Part shown: positions 35,088-44,628 of the stretch, piece after piece
Layout of the letters: each line of letters opens with the position of its first letter
Position numbering within the stretch: the stretch's first letter is position 1
Assembly: GCA_050633305.1 (NCBI GenBank)
Contig: JBOEGF010000032.1
Location: 128,001 to 192,000 of the forward strand
DNA from: Nannocystales bacterium
Lineage (GTDB): Bacteria; Myxococcota_A; Polyangia; Nannocystales; Nannocystaceae
Reading direction: 5' to 3'
Length of the DNA: 64,000 bases
Translations under genes and position numbers: made by a program
The notes under the pieces: model-generated
The model's database searches: none
Seen by the model: the letters and a program-made list of their open reading frames with translations, nothing else
What the model was told of the DNA's origin: nothing

Positions 35088-37205
35088 CTACTGCGCCATC
35101 ATCTGTCCGAACTTCGCGTTGAGGCTCGGGTCCTGCTGAAGCGCCTGCCCCCACACCTGCATGAGCTGAGCGTACGAGCCCATGTCCAAGCCATATCGCC
35201 CCAGCGCCCCCATCATGTCGCCGGTCTGAACCTGCTTCATCATTCCCACGTAATCCGAGAGCCGAGCCAGCGGCTGTCCGGGAAACACAGTGGGATCCGG
35301 GGTACCGCCCTCACCCGCCGCCGCTGCGGCCGCTGCGGCTTGGGCCTTGCTCACCTCCTCGGCGTGATCGAACGCCTTCGCTTTGATCTCGACCGAGTGA
35401 GTTGTGGAGGACCCCGTGTTTCCGGTGAGGATCCGATCGAGGTAGCCCTTGAGCCACTCCTCCCGCGCGGGCTCGTGTCCCCCTAGCGAGAGCCAGGTGG
35501 AGATCAACGGATACTCGAAGCAGGTGTAACCGGCCGAGGGGATCTGACCGACAAGCCAGCCAAAGAGTTCTTCAACCCGCGCTCGGACGACCGCGTCTTT
35601 GCGCGCGAGCGCTCCCATCGCGATGATCGCCGCGTCGACCACCCAGTCCACGGGCCCCAGGATCAGGGATTCCAGCGCCTGCTTGCGGGCACTCCCCTCC
35701 CAACCGGTATCGACATGTGCAATGAGCAGCGCCGCCGCGATCTGCACCCGCTGCACCCACATCAGCACGCGCCAGTCCGGAGACGGAGGTCGCGGGGGGT
35801 TGACCATCACCGCCAGCAGCGAGCTGACCGCACCGGGATTGAGTTTCGTCGCCGCCTCGGCGGCAGCCTCTGTCCACGCCTCCAACAAGAAGTCGGTCTC
35901 TGCGATCTCGAACACCATCTGCGCGATGTTGGGATCCCCCGGCCCCATCGTTGGCCTGGGCTGCACCCCTTCGTAGACCCACAAGCAAAACGGCACCTGA
36001 GCCTTGGGGACGCGAGGGTCGGGTGTAGAGACCTCCTCGACCGACACGTCCAGTCCAACCTGCGGTCCCCACATCTCCATCTGAAGGTTGAAAGCTGCGA
36101 CCACGCTGGGCGACTCGATGTGGCTGAGCTTGAGTTCGACCGTGCTGCCGTGGTGTTCGGCCGGATTGTGGAACATCCGCTCGAACACCCGCCGCATCGC
36201 GTTGGTGCTCGAATCTGCCGCACGCGGGAGAGACGTGACAAAGGCAAACGGAGGATCGATCTCGTTGGCGAGCGTCTCACCTCGCCCGTTGCCCTGCGCC
36301 CGAGCTCCCAGAAGCATCTTGCGGTCTTCCTCGCTCGGATGGAGCCGGTAGCGGGCATAGTGAAACGAAGGCAACGCCCACTCGTGTTCGGGCTCCTTGT
36401 CGAGGACGTGCTGGTACTGCCCCATCGCGTCTCGATAGCGCCCCGCGTCGATGAGCGCGTCGCCCCCGTCCAGGTAGGACGCGAGATCGTCAGCGTCGTA
36501 GGTCCGGGACTGTGCGTAGGCCTCGAGGGCTTCGTCGACGCGCCCCATGTCGCGAAGAACGTTGGCGACCGCAACGCAGGTTTGCCATGAGGGGTCGAGT
36601 TGTTTGGCCCTCTGGGCGTGGTGGAGCGCTTCGTCGGAGGTGCTCACCCGCCGTGCGGCCGCGGCTGCCGCGACGAATGCGAAGGGTTCCTGGGGGTGCA
36701 GCTCGCAGATCTGGCGGCACAGTCCGAGCCCCACCTCCAGGTTCGGCCTCCGCGCGTCGTCGGGCGTCAACGGCGTCGGGCAGCCGCTCGCGAGTTTCAT
36801 GACGGAAAGCAGCACGCTCGACTTGAGGTCCTCGATGGACACGGAGCGGGCCACACTCGGTGTCGCGAGCCACCACGCGGCCCATTGAAGGTAGGTCGCC
36901 GTGGGCCGCACCGCGACGACATCAGACAGCAGGGACAGCGCCTGCTTGACCTCGCCGCGACCTGCGAGAATGTAGGCTCGGCTGGCAGCCGTCACGAAGC
37001 TGGAGTCTTGCTCCGAGAGGACCACCAGCGACAGCGGGTCCGAACTGCGAGTGACGATCTCCCCCAGGACTTCCAACATCTCGCGGTTGGTCGGGTCCCC
37101 GGCGAGCGCGCATCCAACATGATGAATCGCGTGGGAGAGGTCGCCTTGGGCGAGGGCAGTCCGGGAGAGGCTCAGATCATCGGGGCGAGATTGCTGCTGG
37201 GACAT
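35088..37205 (-). CDS. Tetratricopeptide repeat protein with a small C-terminal helical domain
   Basis: TPR units (ANVLRDMGRVDEALEAYAQS, GDALIDAGRYRDAMGQYQHVL), poly-Ala linker, Met/Gln-rich 60-aa tail. Confidence 0.85.
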   Translation of the reverse strand: MSQQQSRPDDLSLSRTALAQGDLSHAIHHVGCALAGDPTNREMLEVLGEIVTRSSDPLSLVVLSEQDSSFVTAASRAYILAGRGEVKQALSLLSDVVAVRPTATYLQWAAWWLATPSVARSVSIEDLKSSVLLSVMKLASGCPTPLTPDDARRPNLEVGLGLCRQICELHPQEPFAFVAAAAAARRVSTSDEALHHAQRAKQLDPSWQTCVAVANVLRDMGRVDEALEAYAQSRTYDADDLASYLDGGDALIDAGRYRDAMGQYQHVLDKEPEHEWALPSFHYARYRLHPSEEDRKMLLGARAQGNGRGETLANEIDPPFAFVTSLPRAADSSTNAMRRVFERMFHNPAEHHGSTVELKLSHIESPSVVAAFNLQMEMWGPQVGLDVSVEEVSTPDPRVPKAQVPFCLWVYEGVQPRPTMGPGDPNIAQMVFEIAETDFLLEAWTEAAAEAATKLNPGAVSSLLAVMVNPPRPPSPDWRVLMWVQRVQIAAALLIAHVDTGWEGSARKQALESLILGPVDWVVDAAIIAMGALARKDAVVRARVEELFGWLVGQIPSAGYTCFEYPLISTWLSLGGHEPAREEWLKGYLDRILTGNTGSSTTHSVEIKAKAFDHAEEVSKAQAAAAAAAAGEGGTPDPTVFPGQPLARLSDYVGMMKQVQTGDMMGALGRYGLDMGSYAQLMQVWGQALQQDPSLNAKFGQMMAQ

Positions 37206-37217
37206 CGCAGGGAGACA

Positions 37218-37244
37218 GAGTCACACCGACACGAGATGTGACTC
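37218..37244. promoter_or_regulatory. Perfect 8-bp inverted repeat upstream of the TPR gene
   Basis: GAGTCACA-N11-TGTGACTC, 12 nt from the ATG at 37205. Confidence 0.45.
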
Positions 37245-37285
37245 CATTCGGGGTCTTTTTTAGATGTCGCGCGTGACACCTCGGA

Positions 37286-38467
37286 TCACGCGAAGCCCGA
37301 AGCCCGGTCCTGAAGCGCGTGAACGCTACGGATTCCGCCCTCGAGGTTCTGGATCCTCTCCTTCCATCCCTGATCGAGCGGCTGGTTGTGCACGAGCTTG
37401 TGGAAGCGCAGCATCACCATCGTCGTCAGCGTTGGTTGGATGAACGACTCCCGGACCGTTCGGACGGCCAGCCAGGCGATCACCCCACCCACCACCACCG
37501 CAGCCGCCAAGGCGACCAGGAACGGGATCGGAGCTGCCTTGATCACCTCGGGTGCATTGGCCTGAAGAACCGCGAGGTCTCCGCCCTGCGAGGCAAACGT
37601 CGCCGCGAAGACGCCTCCGACCGAGGCCACCGCGGCAACGATCCAAAGCGGAGCGATCATCAGTTTCTCGAGGACGATGACCCCGATCGCGGTCCGGAAC
37701 ATCTTGCCGCTGTTCTGGGCGCAGTAGGTCAACCCGTCGAGGGCCGGCCCCGCAAACTCGCGGTCTCCTCGCGCGAGCCCATACGAAAGCACGACAGCTT
37801 CGAGGTACCCAGCGGCGCCGTTGACCAATGCGTACAGACCCCGCTTGATGAAGGAGATGTCGATCGGCAACCACTTGTCGATGAAGTCCAGCGTCTCGGT
37901 CAGCTTGCGGAGACTGCGGTTGACCGACCGGTTGACCTCCCAAATGGACGTCATGTTTTCCAGACGGGTGCTGACAATGTGTTTGGCATAGGCCAGCTGT
38001 CCGTCGTTGCCCGCTCCAATGCTGCCCTTGGTGACCAACTCGGTGAGAATCGCGATGTGGGCACACTTTGCGCCGAACATCTTCCGCTCGACAAAGGGCA
38101 TCCAAAACCAGAAGACCGGAATGATCCCACCGAGGATCACCGCGACCCCGGCCCACTTGTTCACGCCAACCGCGAGAGCCGTCCCGATGCCCAGCGCAGC
38201 GAGGACCATCACGACGCTGAGCGTGGTGAACATGCTCCAATGGGCGAAGCGAAACAGCGCGTACGGAAGGACCTTCACGGACAAGCGCACGGCGGCAAAG
38301 AACCCTCCGCCGCTGCTCGCGACCGGATAGCTGTGCGGACAGCCAGCAGGGGGTCCGTGACCCACCGTGGCGTCGCCGGGCGGGGCTTGGGCTGGCGCTT
38401 GCCTCGGCGGCAGAGGAGGATGGATGAGATGCTGTTGAACCCCGGGATGCGGCTGGTGTGGATGCAT
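37286..38467 (-). CDS. Hypothetical integral membrane protein
   Basis: Pro/His-rich N-terminus, 4-5 TM helices, KCAHIAILTELV...G motif. Confidence 0.75.
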   Translation of the reverse strand: MHPHQPHPGVQQHLIHPPLPPRQAPAQAPPGDATVGHGPPAGCPHSYPVASSGGGFFAAVRLSVKVLPYALFRFAHWSMFTTLSVVMVLAALGIGTALAVGVNKWAGVAVILGGIIPVFWFWMPFVERKMFGAKCAHIAILTELVTKGSIGAGNDGQLAYAKHIVSTRLENMTSIWEVNRSVNRSLRKLTETLDFIDKWLPIDISFIKRGLYALVNGAAGYLEAVVLSYGLARGDREFAGPALDGLTYCAQNSGKMFRTAIGVIVLEKLMIAPLWIVAAVASVGGVFAATFASQGGDLAVLQANAPEVIKAAPIPFLVALAAAVVVGGVIAWLAVRTVRESFIQPTLTTMVMLRFHKLVHNQPLDQGWKERIQNLEGGIRSVHALQDRASGFA

Positions 38468-38531
38468 GGTCGTGGACCTTGCGGGGGTAGAGGACGCCGC
38501 CTCGGAGTTGTGACAGCCGATCGTCCGATTC

Positions 38532-39149
38532 TCACTCCGGTCGAATGCCACGCTTGAGCGCGAGCGCCCGTAAGCGCGTCTTGGTCCGCTCGAACCGCTT
38601 CCTCAAGGCCGCCACCAGCCGCTTGAGTTCCTCCTCCGTGGTGTCCTCGCTCGCGTCCTCACTGATCCAGGCGATCTCTCGCCAGCTCATCTGCCGGTCC
38701 ACACGAAGCGTGAGCAGGACCTGTTCGTCCACCGACAGCTCCTGCCGCAGCGCAGCCACACCACTGCGAACTTCGGTCCGCAGGATCGTGATCGTTTGCG
38801 TCCGGATCCTCTCTGCGAGGTTGTTGTAGGCTTCACTGCTCAGGGGGTCCACAGCCGGACCGCGTCCTCTAGCCTTCCGAGCGCGGTACAAAGCGCGCCG
38901 AGCGAGGGTATACGACCACGTTCTCAGGCTTGCTCGCCACTGAAAACCCTCGAGGCCACGCCAGAGGTCCTCGCTGAACATGGAAAACGCATCCAACGCA
39001 AGGTCGTCGTCGCGGGCTGCCCCGACCAAGAAACCGAGCAACTCGGGACCGTAGCCGCGGAGCGCGCGAGTCGCAGCATCATCGAAGCGCAGCTCCTCGG
39101 CCGCCTCGCGGACCTGGGCCTCCAGCTCTTGCCGCTGCTCCGGCGTCAT
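38532..39149 (-). CDS. ECF-type sigma-70 factor
   Basis: FQWRASLRTWSYTLARR and LSVDEQVLLTLRVDRQMSWREIA...LRKRFERTKTRLR. ATGA overlap with the kinase gene. Confidence 0.9.
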   Translation of the reverse strand: MTPEQRQELEAQVREAAEELRFDDAATRALRGYGPELLGFLVGAARDDDLALDAFSMFSEDLWRGLEGFQWRASLRTWSYTLARRALYRARKARGRGPAVDPLSSEAYNNLAERIRTQTITILRTEVRSGVAALRQELSVDEQVLLTLRVDRQMSWREIAWISEDASEDTTEEELKRLVAALRKRFERTKTRLRALALKRGIRPE

Positions 39150-42022
39150 GGAGTCACAGTATCAGCCCTCAACCATGCCCGGACCTCTTGCACCTGCTTG
39201 GCGTACCCCGGGCCGATATCTTCGTACAGCGCGGCGGCTTCCTCGGCGGTTTGGCGGGCCTTCGGGTTGGACGCTCCCTGGGCACGAGCGTGTACAAACT
39301 TCGCCTCTGCGAGCTGGCCTGGCGGACCGTCCGGGCCCAGCAGATCGAGAGCCCGCGAGCTAGACTCCTGCGCCCCCTGTGCGTCGCCGATCGCGAGCTG
39401 CGTCTTCCCGAGTTCGAGCAAGGGGTTGACCCGTGCGAGGTGATCGATGGGGAGGATTTCGTCGCAGAGTCCCTGCACTGCCCGCAGCCGCTCGAGCGAG
39501 CCCTCGAGATCCCCAAGGTCGCGACGCAAGCTTCCGAGCAGTGTCGAGATCGGAAGCATGTTGGGGTGGCGAGGCCCATACGCGACCTCAAACGCGGCGT
39601 GTGCCTCCTTCGCGAGGACTTCGGCCGCCGACCACTCTCCGAGGTTGGCACGCTGAACCGCGAGGTTTGCCGCCGCGCGTGCGAACGGGATCGGGGCGGA
39701 CTTCCGCTGCGTCCGTCGGTGGGCAAGCAGCGCTTCGAACACGGCAAGCGCTTCGTCGGATCGCCCGCGGGTCTGCAGCAGAACGCCGAGTTTCTGCTGC
39801 ACCTCGTAGGTCCGCTCGTCCGTCGGGCCATACGCCGCGGTCCGGATCGCGAGCGCTTCTTCGATGGTTCGCTGAGCGCACTCGTGGTCCCCCAGGGCGA
39901 TGCACGCGACCCCCCAGTTGGACAGCGTCGTGACGAGCGCGGGATGTTTGGCACCGAAAGCACGGTGCTGGATCTCGTAGGCGGCTTCGAGGTGGCGGAC
40001 CGCATCCGCATACCGTCGACGGGCGATGAGGGACGCTGCAAGGTTGATCCGTGTCGTGGCGACAATGAGGTGCGTTGACCCTCGCTCGCGAATCTGTTCG
40101 TCCAGCGCTTCGCTGGCCAAGTCGATCGCTTCGTCTTCCCGACCGCCGTCTCGAAGCACCGCGACTCGGCCCATGGCGACGTCAAATCGAAGGCGCGCGT
40201 CGGTGTGAGAGGCGGCGCTGGCCCACGCGAGTTCGGCCAGGTCCGCAGCCTCTTCGAACCGACCGCCAGCGTCGAGCAACGCGTGCGCGAGGCCCAGCCA
40301 TGCGCGTGCGCTCGTCTCGGCATCGCCGCTGGCCAAGCCGTGAAGAATCGCCTTTCGGTACAAGGGCTCCGCGCCTCGAAGTCCATCGCGCTGAACCGCC
40401 TCGTCTGCTTGGTACCGCGTCGCCTCGGAGGCGATATCCTCCCAGCCCCCCGCGACCGCGCGATCGGCAATCGAGGCGAGTTGACCGGAGATGTCCGCCC
40501 GAGGCGAGACCTGTCCCTGAATCCGAGAGGCTTCGAGTTCCTCCCGAAGCTCCACGGCCACGACGGGGAGCTCTGTCGACGGAGCATCGGGACATCCGAG
40601 CGGGTCGGGAAGCTCGGCGAAGGCGCGAAGAGCAGAGCTGGACGTGGTTCCCGGCCGATGGATCGACTCCATGAACGTGACGAGTCGGCCACGGGCGTGC
40701 TTGAGGCACAGGTGTGGTCCGTCCCGATGCGCCTGGGACTCGGCCGGACGATTCGCCGCGCTCAGGCACACTTCTCGAGACGTGGTCCGCCAGCGCTCGC
40801 CGTAGTCATCCAGCGATGCGCGAAGCCATCGCCACGCGTCCTGCTCGTAGGCTTGTGTTCCTTCCGCGAGCGAGTCGAACCGGGCTCGTTGCGTGTCGTC
40901 CCAGATTCCATCGAGCTTGGCGGTGGGGTCGCACGCGGCCGGTGGCGCAGCCTGGAGTGCGAGGCTCGACCCCCAAGCCGCGACGACACCAACCAGCGCG
41001 GCGGCACTCCACAACCGACGAGGCCGGCGACGCGCCGACGAGAGCGCGGCCAAGAGGGCCCCCATGCTTGGGTACCGTTCGCGTGGTTCCGCGGACAGAC
41101 CCTTGGTGACCACCCGAGCAATGGCCCGGGGGATGCCCGGCATCCCATCCAGCGGACCCGCCAGCACCGTCGCACGCCGCCGTTCTCCGGCCGAGGGGAG
41201 CGGGCCCGATTCGAGGACTGCCTCACCTTGATTCTTGAACGGTCGCGCTCCCGTGAGCGCCTCGAACAGCGTGACACAGAACGCGAACTGGTCCGCCCGG
41301 CCATCGATCACATCGAACCCGTACTGTTCCGGTGCCATGTAGGCGGGCGTTCCCACGGCCACGCCGGTGTTGGGGTCGTCGCCGCGCTGAGAGTGTTGAG
41401 TCTGAGTCCCGCTTCCCGATGCCGTGGTGCTCGGGCCTTCGTCCTGCGCCAAGCCGAAGTCGGCAACACGCGGCGCACCATCTTCCCCCAGAAGCACGTT
41501 CTCAGGCTTGAAGTCTCGATGGACGAGCCCGGCCGCATGCGCAGCACCGAGCCCTCGCCCAATGACCTCGAAGAGGTCGAGGACCTCGAGCGTGGAACGC
41601 CCCGGCTTCAACCACTCACGAAGTGTCCCCAGAGGACAATACTCCATGGCGATGAACAGCGCCCCGGCATGGGTGCCCACCATGTGTACGGAGACCACGT
41701 TCGTATGCACCACCTTGGCCATGGACTGGGCTTCGGCGAGCATCCGAGGCAGCGCTGACTCCGAATTGCCTCGACGGTGCAACTTGAGCGCCACGGGGCG
41801 GTCGAGGTCGCGGTCACGGGCGAGGTAGACCACGCCCATGCCCCCTTCCCCGAGCACCCGTTCGACAACGAACGAGTCGGCGACGACATCTCCTGGCCGC
41901 AGACGTGGCGGGCCGACCGAACCGAGTTCGATCTGAGGCGCCTGCGCAAGGGCTCCGAGAAGTCTCCCGGTCTGGGATCCCATCCCAGTATCGGCTTCGT
42001 CGTGGCGCCCGGACTGCCCCAT
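39146..42022 (-). CDS. Membrane Ser/Thr protein kinase with C-terminal TPR repeats
   Basis: LGEGGMGVVY, VALK, VHRDFKPEN, ADFGLA, GTPAYMAPE, ADQFAF. TM helix, then kinesin-light-chain-type TPRs (FGAKHP, YGPRHP). Confidence 0.95.
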   Translation of the reverse strand: MGQSGRHDEADTGMGSQTGRLLGALAQAPQIELGSVGPPRLRPGDVVADSFVVERVLGEGGMGVVYLARDRDLDRPVALKLHRRGNSESALPRMLAEAQSMAKVVHTNVVSVHMVGTHAGALFIAMEYCPLGTLREWLKPGRSTLEVLDLFEVIGRGLGAAHAAGLVHRDFKPENVLLGEDGAPRVADFGLAQDEGPSTTASGSGTQTQHSQRGDDPNTGVAVGTPAYMAPEQYGFDVIDGRADQFAFCVTLFEALTGARPFKNQGEAVLESGPLPSAGERRRATVLAGPLDGMPGIPRAIARVVTKGLSAEPRERYPSMGALLAALSSARRRPRRLWSAAALVGVVAAWGSSLALQAAPPAACDPTAKLDGIWDDTQRARFDSLAEGTQAYEQDAWRWLRASLDDYGERWRTTSREVCLSAANRPAESQAHRDGPHLCLKHARGRLVTFMESIHRPGTTSSSALRAFAELPDPLGCPDAPSTELPVVAVELREELEASRIQGQVSPRADISGQLASIADRAVAGGWEDIASEATRYQADEAVQRDGLRGAEPLYRKAILHGLASGDAETSARAWLGLAHALLDAGGRFEEAADLAELAWASAASHTDARLRFDVAMGRVAVLRDGGREDEAIDLASEALDEQIRERGSTHLIVATTRINLAASLIARRRYADAVRHLEAAYEIQHRAFGAKHPALVTTLSNWGVACIALGDHECAQRTIEEALAIRTAAYGPTDERTYEVQQKLGVLLQTRGRSDEALAVFEALLAHRRTQRKSAPIPFARAAANLAVQRANLGEWSAAEVLAKEAHAAFEVAYGPRHPNMLPISTLLGSLRRDLGDLEGSLERLRAVQGLCDEILPIDHLARVNPLLELGKTQLAIGDAQGAQESSSRALDLLGPDGPPGQLAEAKFVHARAQGASNPKARQTAEEAAALYEDIGPGYAKQVQEVRAWLRADTVTP

Positions 42023-42418
42023 ACGCCGGAGCGACATTAACACAGCGCCGATGCGCTCGCCTGCTGTCCACCAGCGAGCCGCCGCAAAGGCACCACAGCA
42101 TGGCTCGACGCGAAGCCCGGGGCCGGTGCCTCCGACTATCCAGCCACGTTTCCCCGGACACGCCGGACGTTTCGCGCCATCATGCGCTCGATGGGTTGAT
42201 CGCCTGCGCCATCAGTCGCTCGTAGCAACGGGACTCGCTCGCGGCGATGACAACGTCGAACGCCGAAGAATTCGGTTGCGGGCACCAAGGGCGCGAACCA
42301 ACCTACGTCGATTTTTGGGAGCACCTCGATCGCCAGTTTTTGTCGGCTCCTGGCGACGCGTGCGGCACAAACCCACGTCCCCCCACCGGTCTGCGACCGA
42401 TCCACGCTGCCCCGGTGC

Positions 42419-42444
42419 GGAACCGAGCGCCGTGGTGACCCGTT
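42419..42444 (+). promoter_or_regulatory. Putative ECF sigma promoter
   Basis: GGAACC-N16-CGTT, 47 nt upstream of ATG 42492. Confidence 0.5.
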
Positions 42445-42491
42445 TTTCGCGAGGCGCGTGCGTTGTGACGAGACAGCCGTATGAGGGGGCC

Positions 42492-43007
42492 ATGGAGGAG
42501 TTGCGCATCGTCGCGGCAACCCCCGAGTACGCCCTCGGCTGGGCGCCCTCGGTGATGTTGTACGTGTGGAGGGCGGCGACGACCATCGAGGCCGCCCGAG
42601 CGTCGACGGCCACGATCCTTTCCGCACGCGAGGCGAGCCCGACCGGCCGCGGCGTTCTGCTGGGCATCGTCGAAGAACGAACACCCCCACCCGCCGCCGC
42701 CGTACGGCGTGAGATCGCCGAAGCGATGTCGAGCAACGGCGACTTTGTGTTCGCCTCGGCCCTCGTCTTCGAGGGAGGCGGCTTTCAGGGATCGATGGTG
42801 AGGATGGTTGCCGCCGGCTTGTCGATGCTCAGTCGGCTTCCGTTTCCACACCATGTGTTCGACAGCGTCAGCGATGGTGCCCTGTGGCTCGAGCGCGCCA
42901 GCGCGAAAGAGCCTACCCATATCGAGGCCGCGACCCTGGAGGCCCTGATCGCCGGGGTCCGCCAGGCACCGATGACATCGGGCAGCGCACGGGCGGGGTC
43001 TGGATAA
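42492..43007 (+). CDS. Hypothetical STAS/SpoIIAA-like small protein
   Basis: GAGGGGG RBS, then LLGIVEERTPPPAAAVRREIA...ALVFEGGGFQGSMVR...VFDSVSDGALWL. Confidence 0.7.
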   Translation: MEELRIVAATPEYALGWAPSVMLYVWRAATTIEAARASTATILSAREASPTGRGVLLGIVEERTPPPAAAVRREIAEAMSSNGDFVFASALVFEGGGFQGSMVRMVAAGLSMLSRLPFPHHVFDSVSDGALWLERASAKEPTHIEAATLEALIAGVRQAPMTSGSARAGSG

Positions 43008-43135
43008 CCAACCCCGGGCCCCCGGCCCAGAGTCCCCCGGGATGCAACTTGCTCGGTCACCCATCGTTGAATACCGTGCGCGGGTGCGAATGGTTCGACG
43101 GCGACAGCATGCGCAACGCACCCGCGGGGTCGAAC

Positions 43136-43717
43136 ATGTCTGAGCACACTCCGACCTTCTTCCCCACCCCCGCCGACTTCCGAGCGTGGCTCGAACAGCA
43201 CCACGCAACGACCGATCACCTTTGGGTGGGCTACTACAAAAAGGCGACGAACAAACCCTCGGTCACCTGGGAAGACACCGTCGACGAAGCCTTGTGCTTC
43301 GGCTGGATCGACGGCGTCCGAAAAACTCGCGACCCCGAGAGCTACACGATTCGTTTCACACCTCGGAAGTCCAAGAGCGTCTGGAGCCAGCGGAACATCG
43401 ACCTCGTCGAACGGCTCAACGCCGAAGGCCGCATGAAACCCGAAGGTCTCGCGGCCTTTGCTCTCAAGGATGAGCACCCCGACAGTGGCTACGCGACGGC
43501 CAACTTCGACGGTTCGTTGCCCGAGTCGATGGTTGCGCAGTTCAAGCAGACTCCCGGCGCATGGGAGTTCTACGAAGCGCAACCGCCGGGCTACCGCAAA
43601 CATGCGGGGCGGTGGGTGACGAGCGCGAAGCGTGAGGAGACTCGAACACGGCGGCTCGCGACATTGATCGAAGACTCGGGGAATCAACTGCGCATCAAGC
43701 AGCTCCGCAAGAGCTGA
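43136..43717 (+). CDS. YdeI/OmpD-associated family protein
   Basis: FRAWLEQHH...VDEALCFGWIDG...FTPRK.KSVWS..N...SAKREETRTRRL. Confidence 0.92.
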   Translation: MSEHTPTFFPTPADFRAWLEQHHATTDHLWVGYYKKATNKPSVTWEDTVDEALCFGWIDGVRKTRDPESYTIRFTPRKSKSVWSQRNIDLVERLNAEGRMKPEGLAAFALKDEHPDSGYATANFDGSLPESMVAQFKQTPGAWEFYEAQPPGYRKHAGRWVTSAKREETRTRRLATLIEDSGNQLRIKQLRKS

Positions 43718-43826
43718 AGACCGGCGCTCGCACCGTCGAGGAACACGACAGGTCCGTGGCGGGGGCTGTGCCGGCCCACCTCCGCCATAGGCTGCCCCGG
43801 GTTCGAACGCAAAGACGGGCCGACCG

Positions 43827-44534
43827 CTACCGCGGAACCCCGTCGATGAGCGCCGCGATGACCTCTGCATTGGGCACGAACGTCAGCGTGCTCCGGCGTG
43901 CGTGCGTGATCCGGTCCATGCGAAACATTCGGGCGACGGCAAGTTCGGTGTCCAGCGCGAGCACGTACCAGACCGGGGTCTGCACGAGGATGCCATGCGG
44001 CTCGACAATACGTGTGCTCGTCTTGCCGCGGCGGTCTGCGTAGCGAAAGCACAAGCAGAGCCTCCGACTAAAACACCCTTCAAACACCGGGAGGAGGTCT
44101 GAGCTGATGGGCGCGACAGAGGCTCTGACCTTTGCCGTCGCGGGCGATGCAACGACGATCCGTCGGACGAATGCCTTGAGCTGACGACGTCTGTCCTCGG
44201 GCAGCGAGGCCACGACCTTGGTGACCGCTGCGCCGCTGCGCCCCGTAAACGGCAGTCCGCATGCTCGCCGCCCGACCTGCGCCGAAAGCCACAATGCCAC
44301 CGCCTCGGCCTCCGACAGACGCACCATCGGCAGCGCGGCATGCCGCGCCAGCCGGACCCCGCCCCCACGACCACGAGCCCCTTCGAGGTCGACCCCCTGC
44401 GAACGCAGCGACTCGACATCCCGGCGAATCGTGCGGACAGAGACGTTCAGCGCGGCCGACAACGTACCCATCGTGCATCCGTCATGCGCCCTCAGGTGTG
44501 AGAGCAAGGCATCGAGTCGTTCTTGCTTGGTCAT
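43827..44534 (-). CDS. YafY-like HTH-WYL transcriptional regulator
   Basis: LNVSVRTIRRDVESLR...GRGGG HTH and Y...RIVEPHG...WYVLA...RMFRMDRI WYL domain. No WCX tail. Confidence 0.92.
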   Translation of the reverse strand: MTKQERLDALLSHLRAHDGCTMGTLSAALNVSVRTIRRDVESLRSQGVDLEGARGRGGGVRLARHAALPMVRLSEAEAVALWLSAQVGRRACGLPFTGRSGAAVTKVVASLPEDRRRQLKAFVRRIVVASPATAKVRASVAPISSDLLPVFEGCFSRRLCLCFRYADRRGKTSTRIVEPHGILVQTPVWYVLALDTELAVARMFRMDRITHARRSTLTFVPNAEVIAALIDGVPR

Positions 44535-44567
44535 GTCGCCTGTTCCGACGCCCAAACATCCGGCAGA

Positions 44568-44602
44568 AATAGGCCAGAAGTTGTCCTATTCGAACGTAGC
44601 GT
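44568..44602 (+). promoter_or_regulatory. Palindromic candidate WYL operator plus -10 element
   Basis: AATAGGCCA-N5-TGTCCTATT (8/9 inverted repeat) followed by TAGCGT at 44597-44602, in the divergent spacer. Confidence 0.6.
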
Positions 44603-44628
44603 GGAAGTCGAACAAGGCCAAGACTTCC

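Noticed and set aside
43827..44534. WYL gene as marker of an anti-phage defence island
   Set aside because: It is a YafY-type regulator with small metabolic neighbours. No recognisable defence effectors are adjacent.
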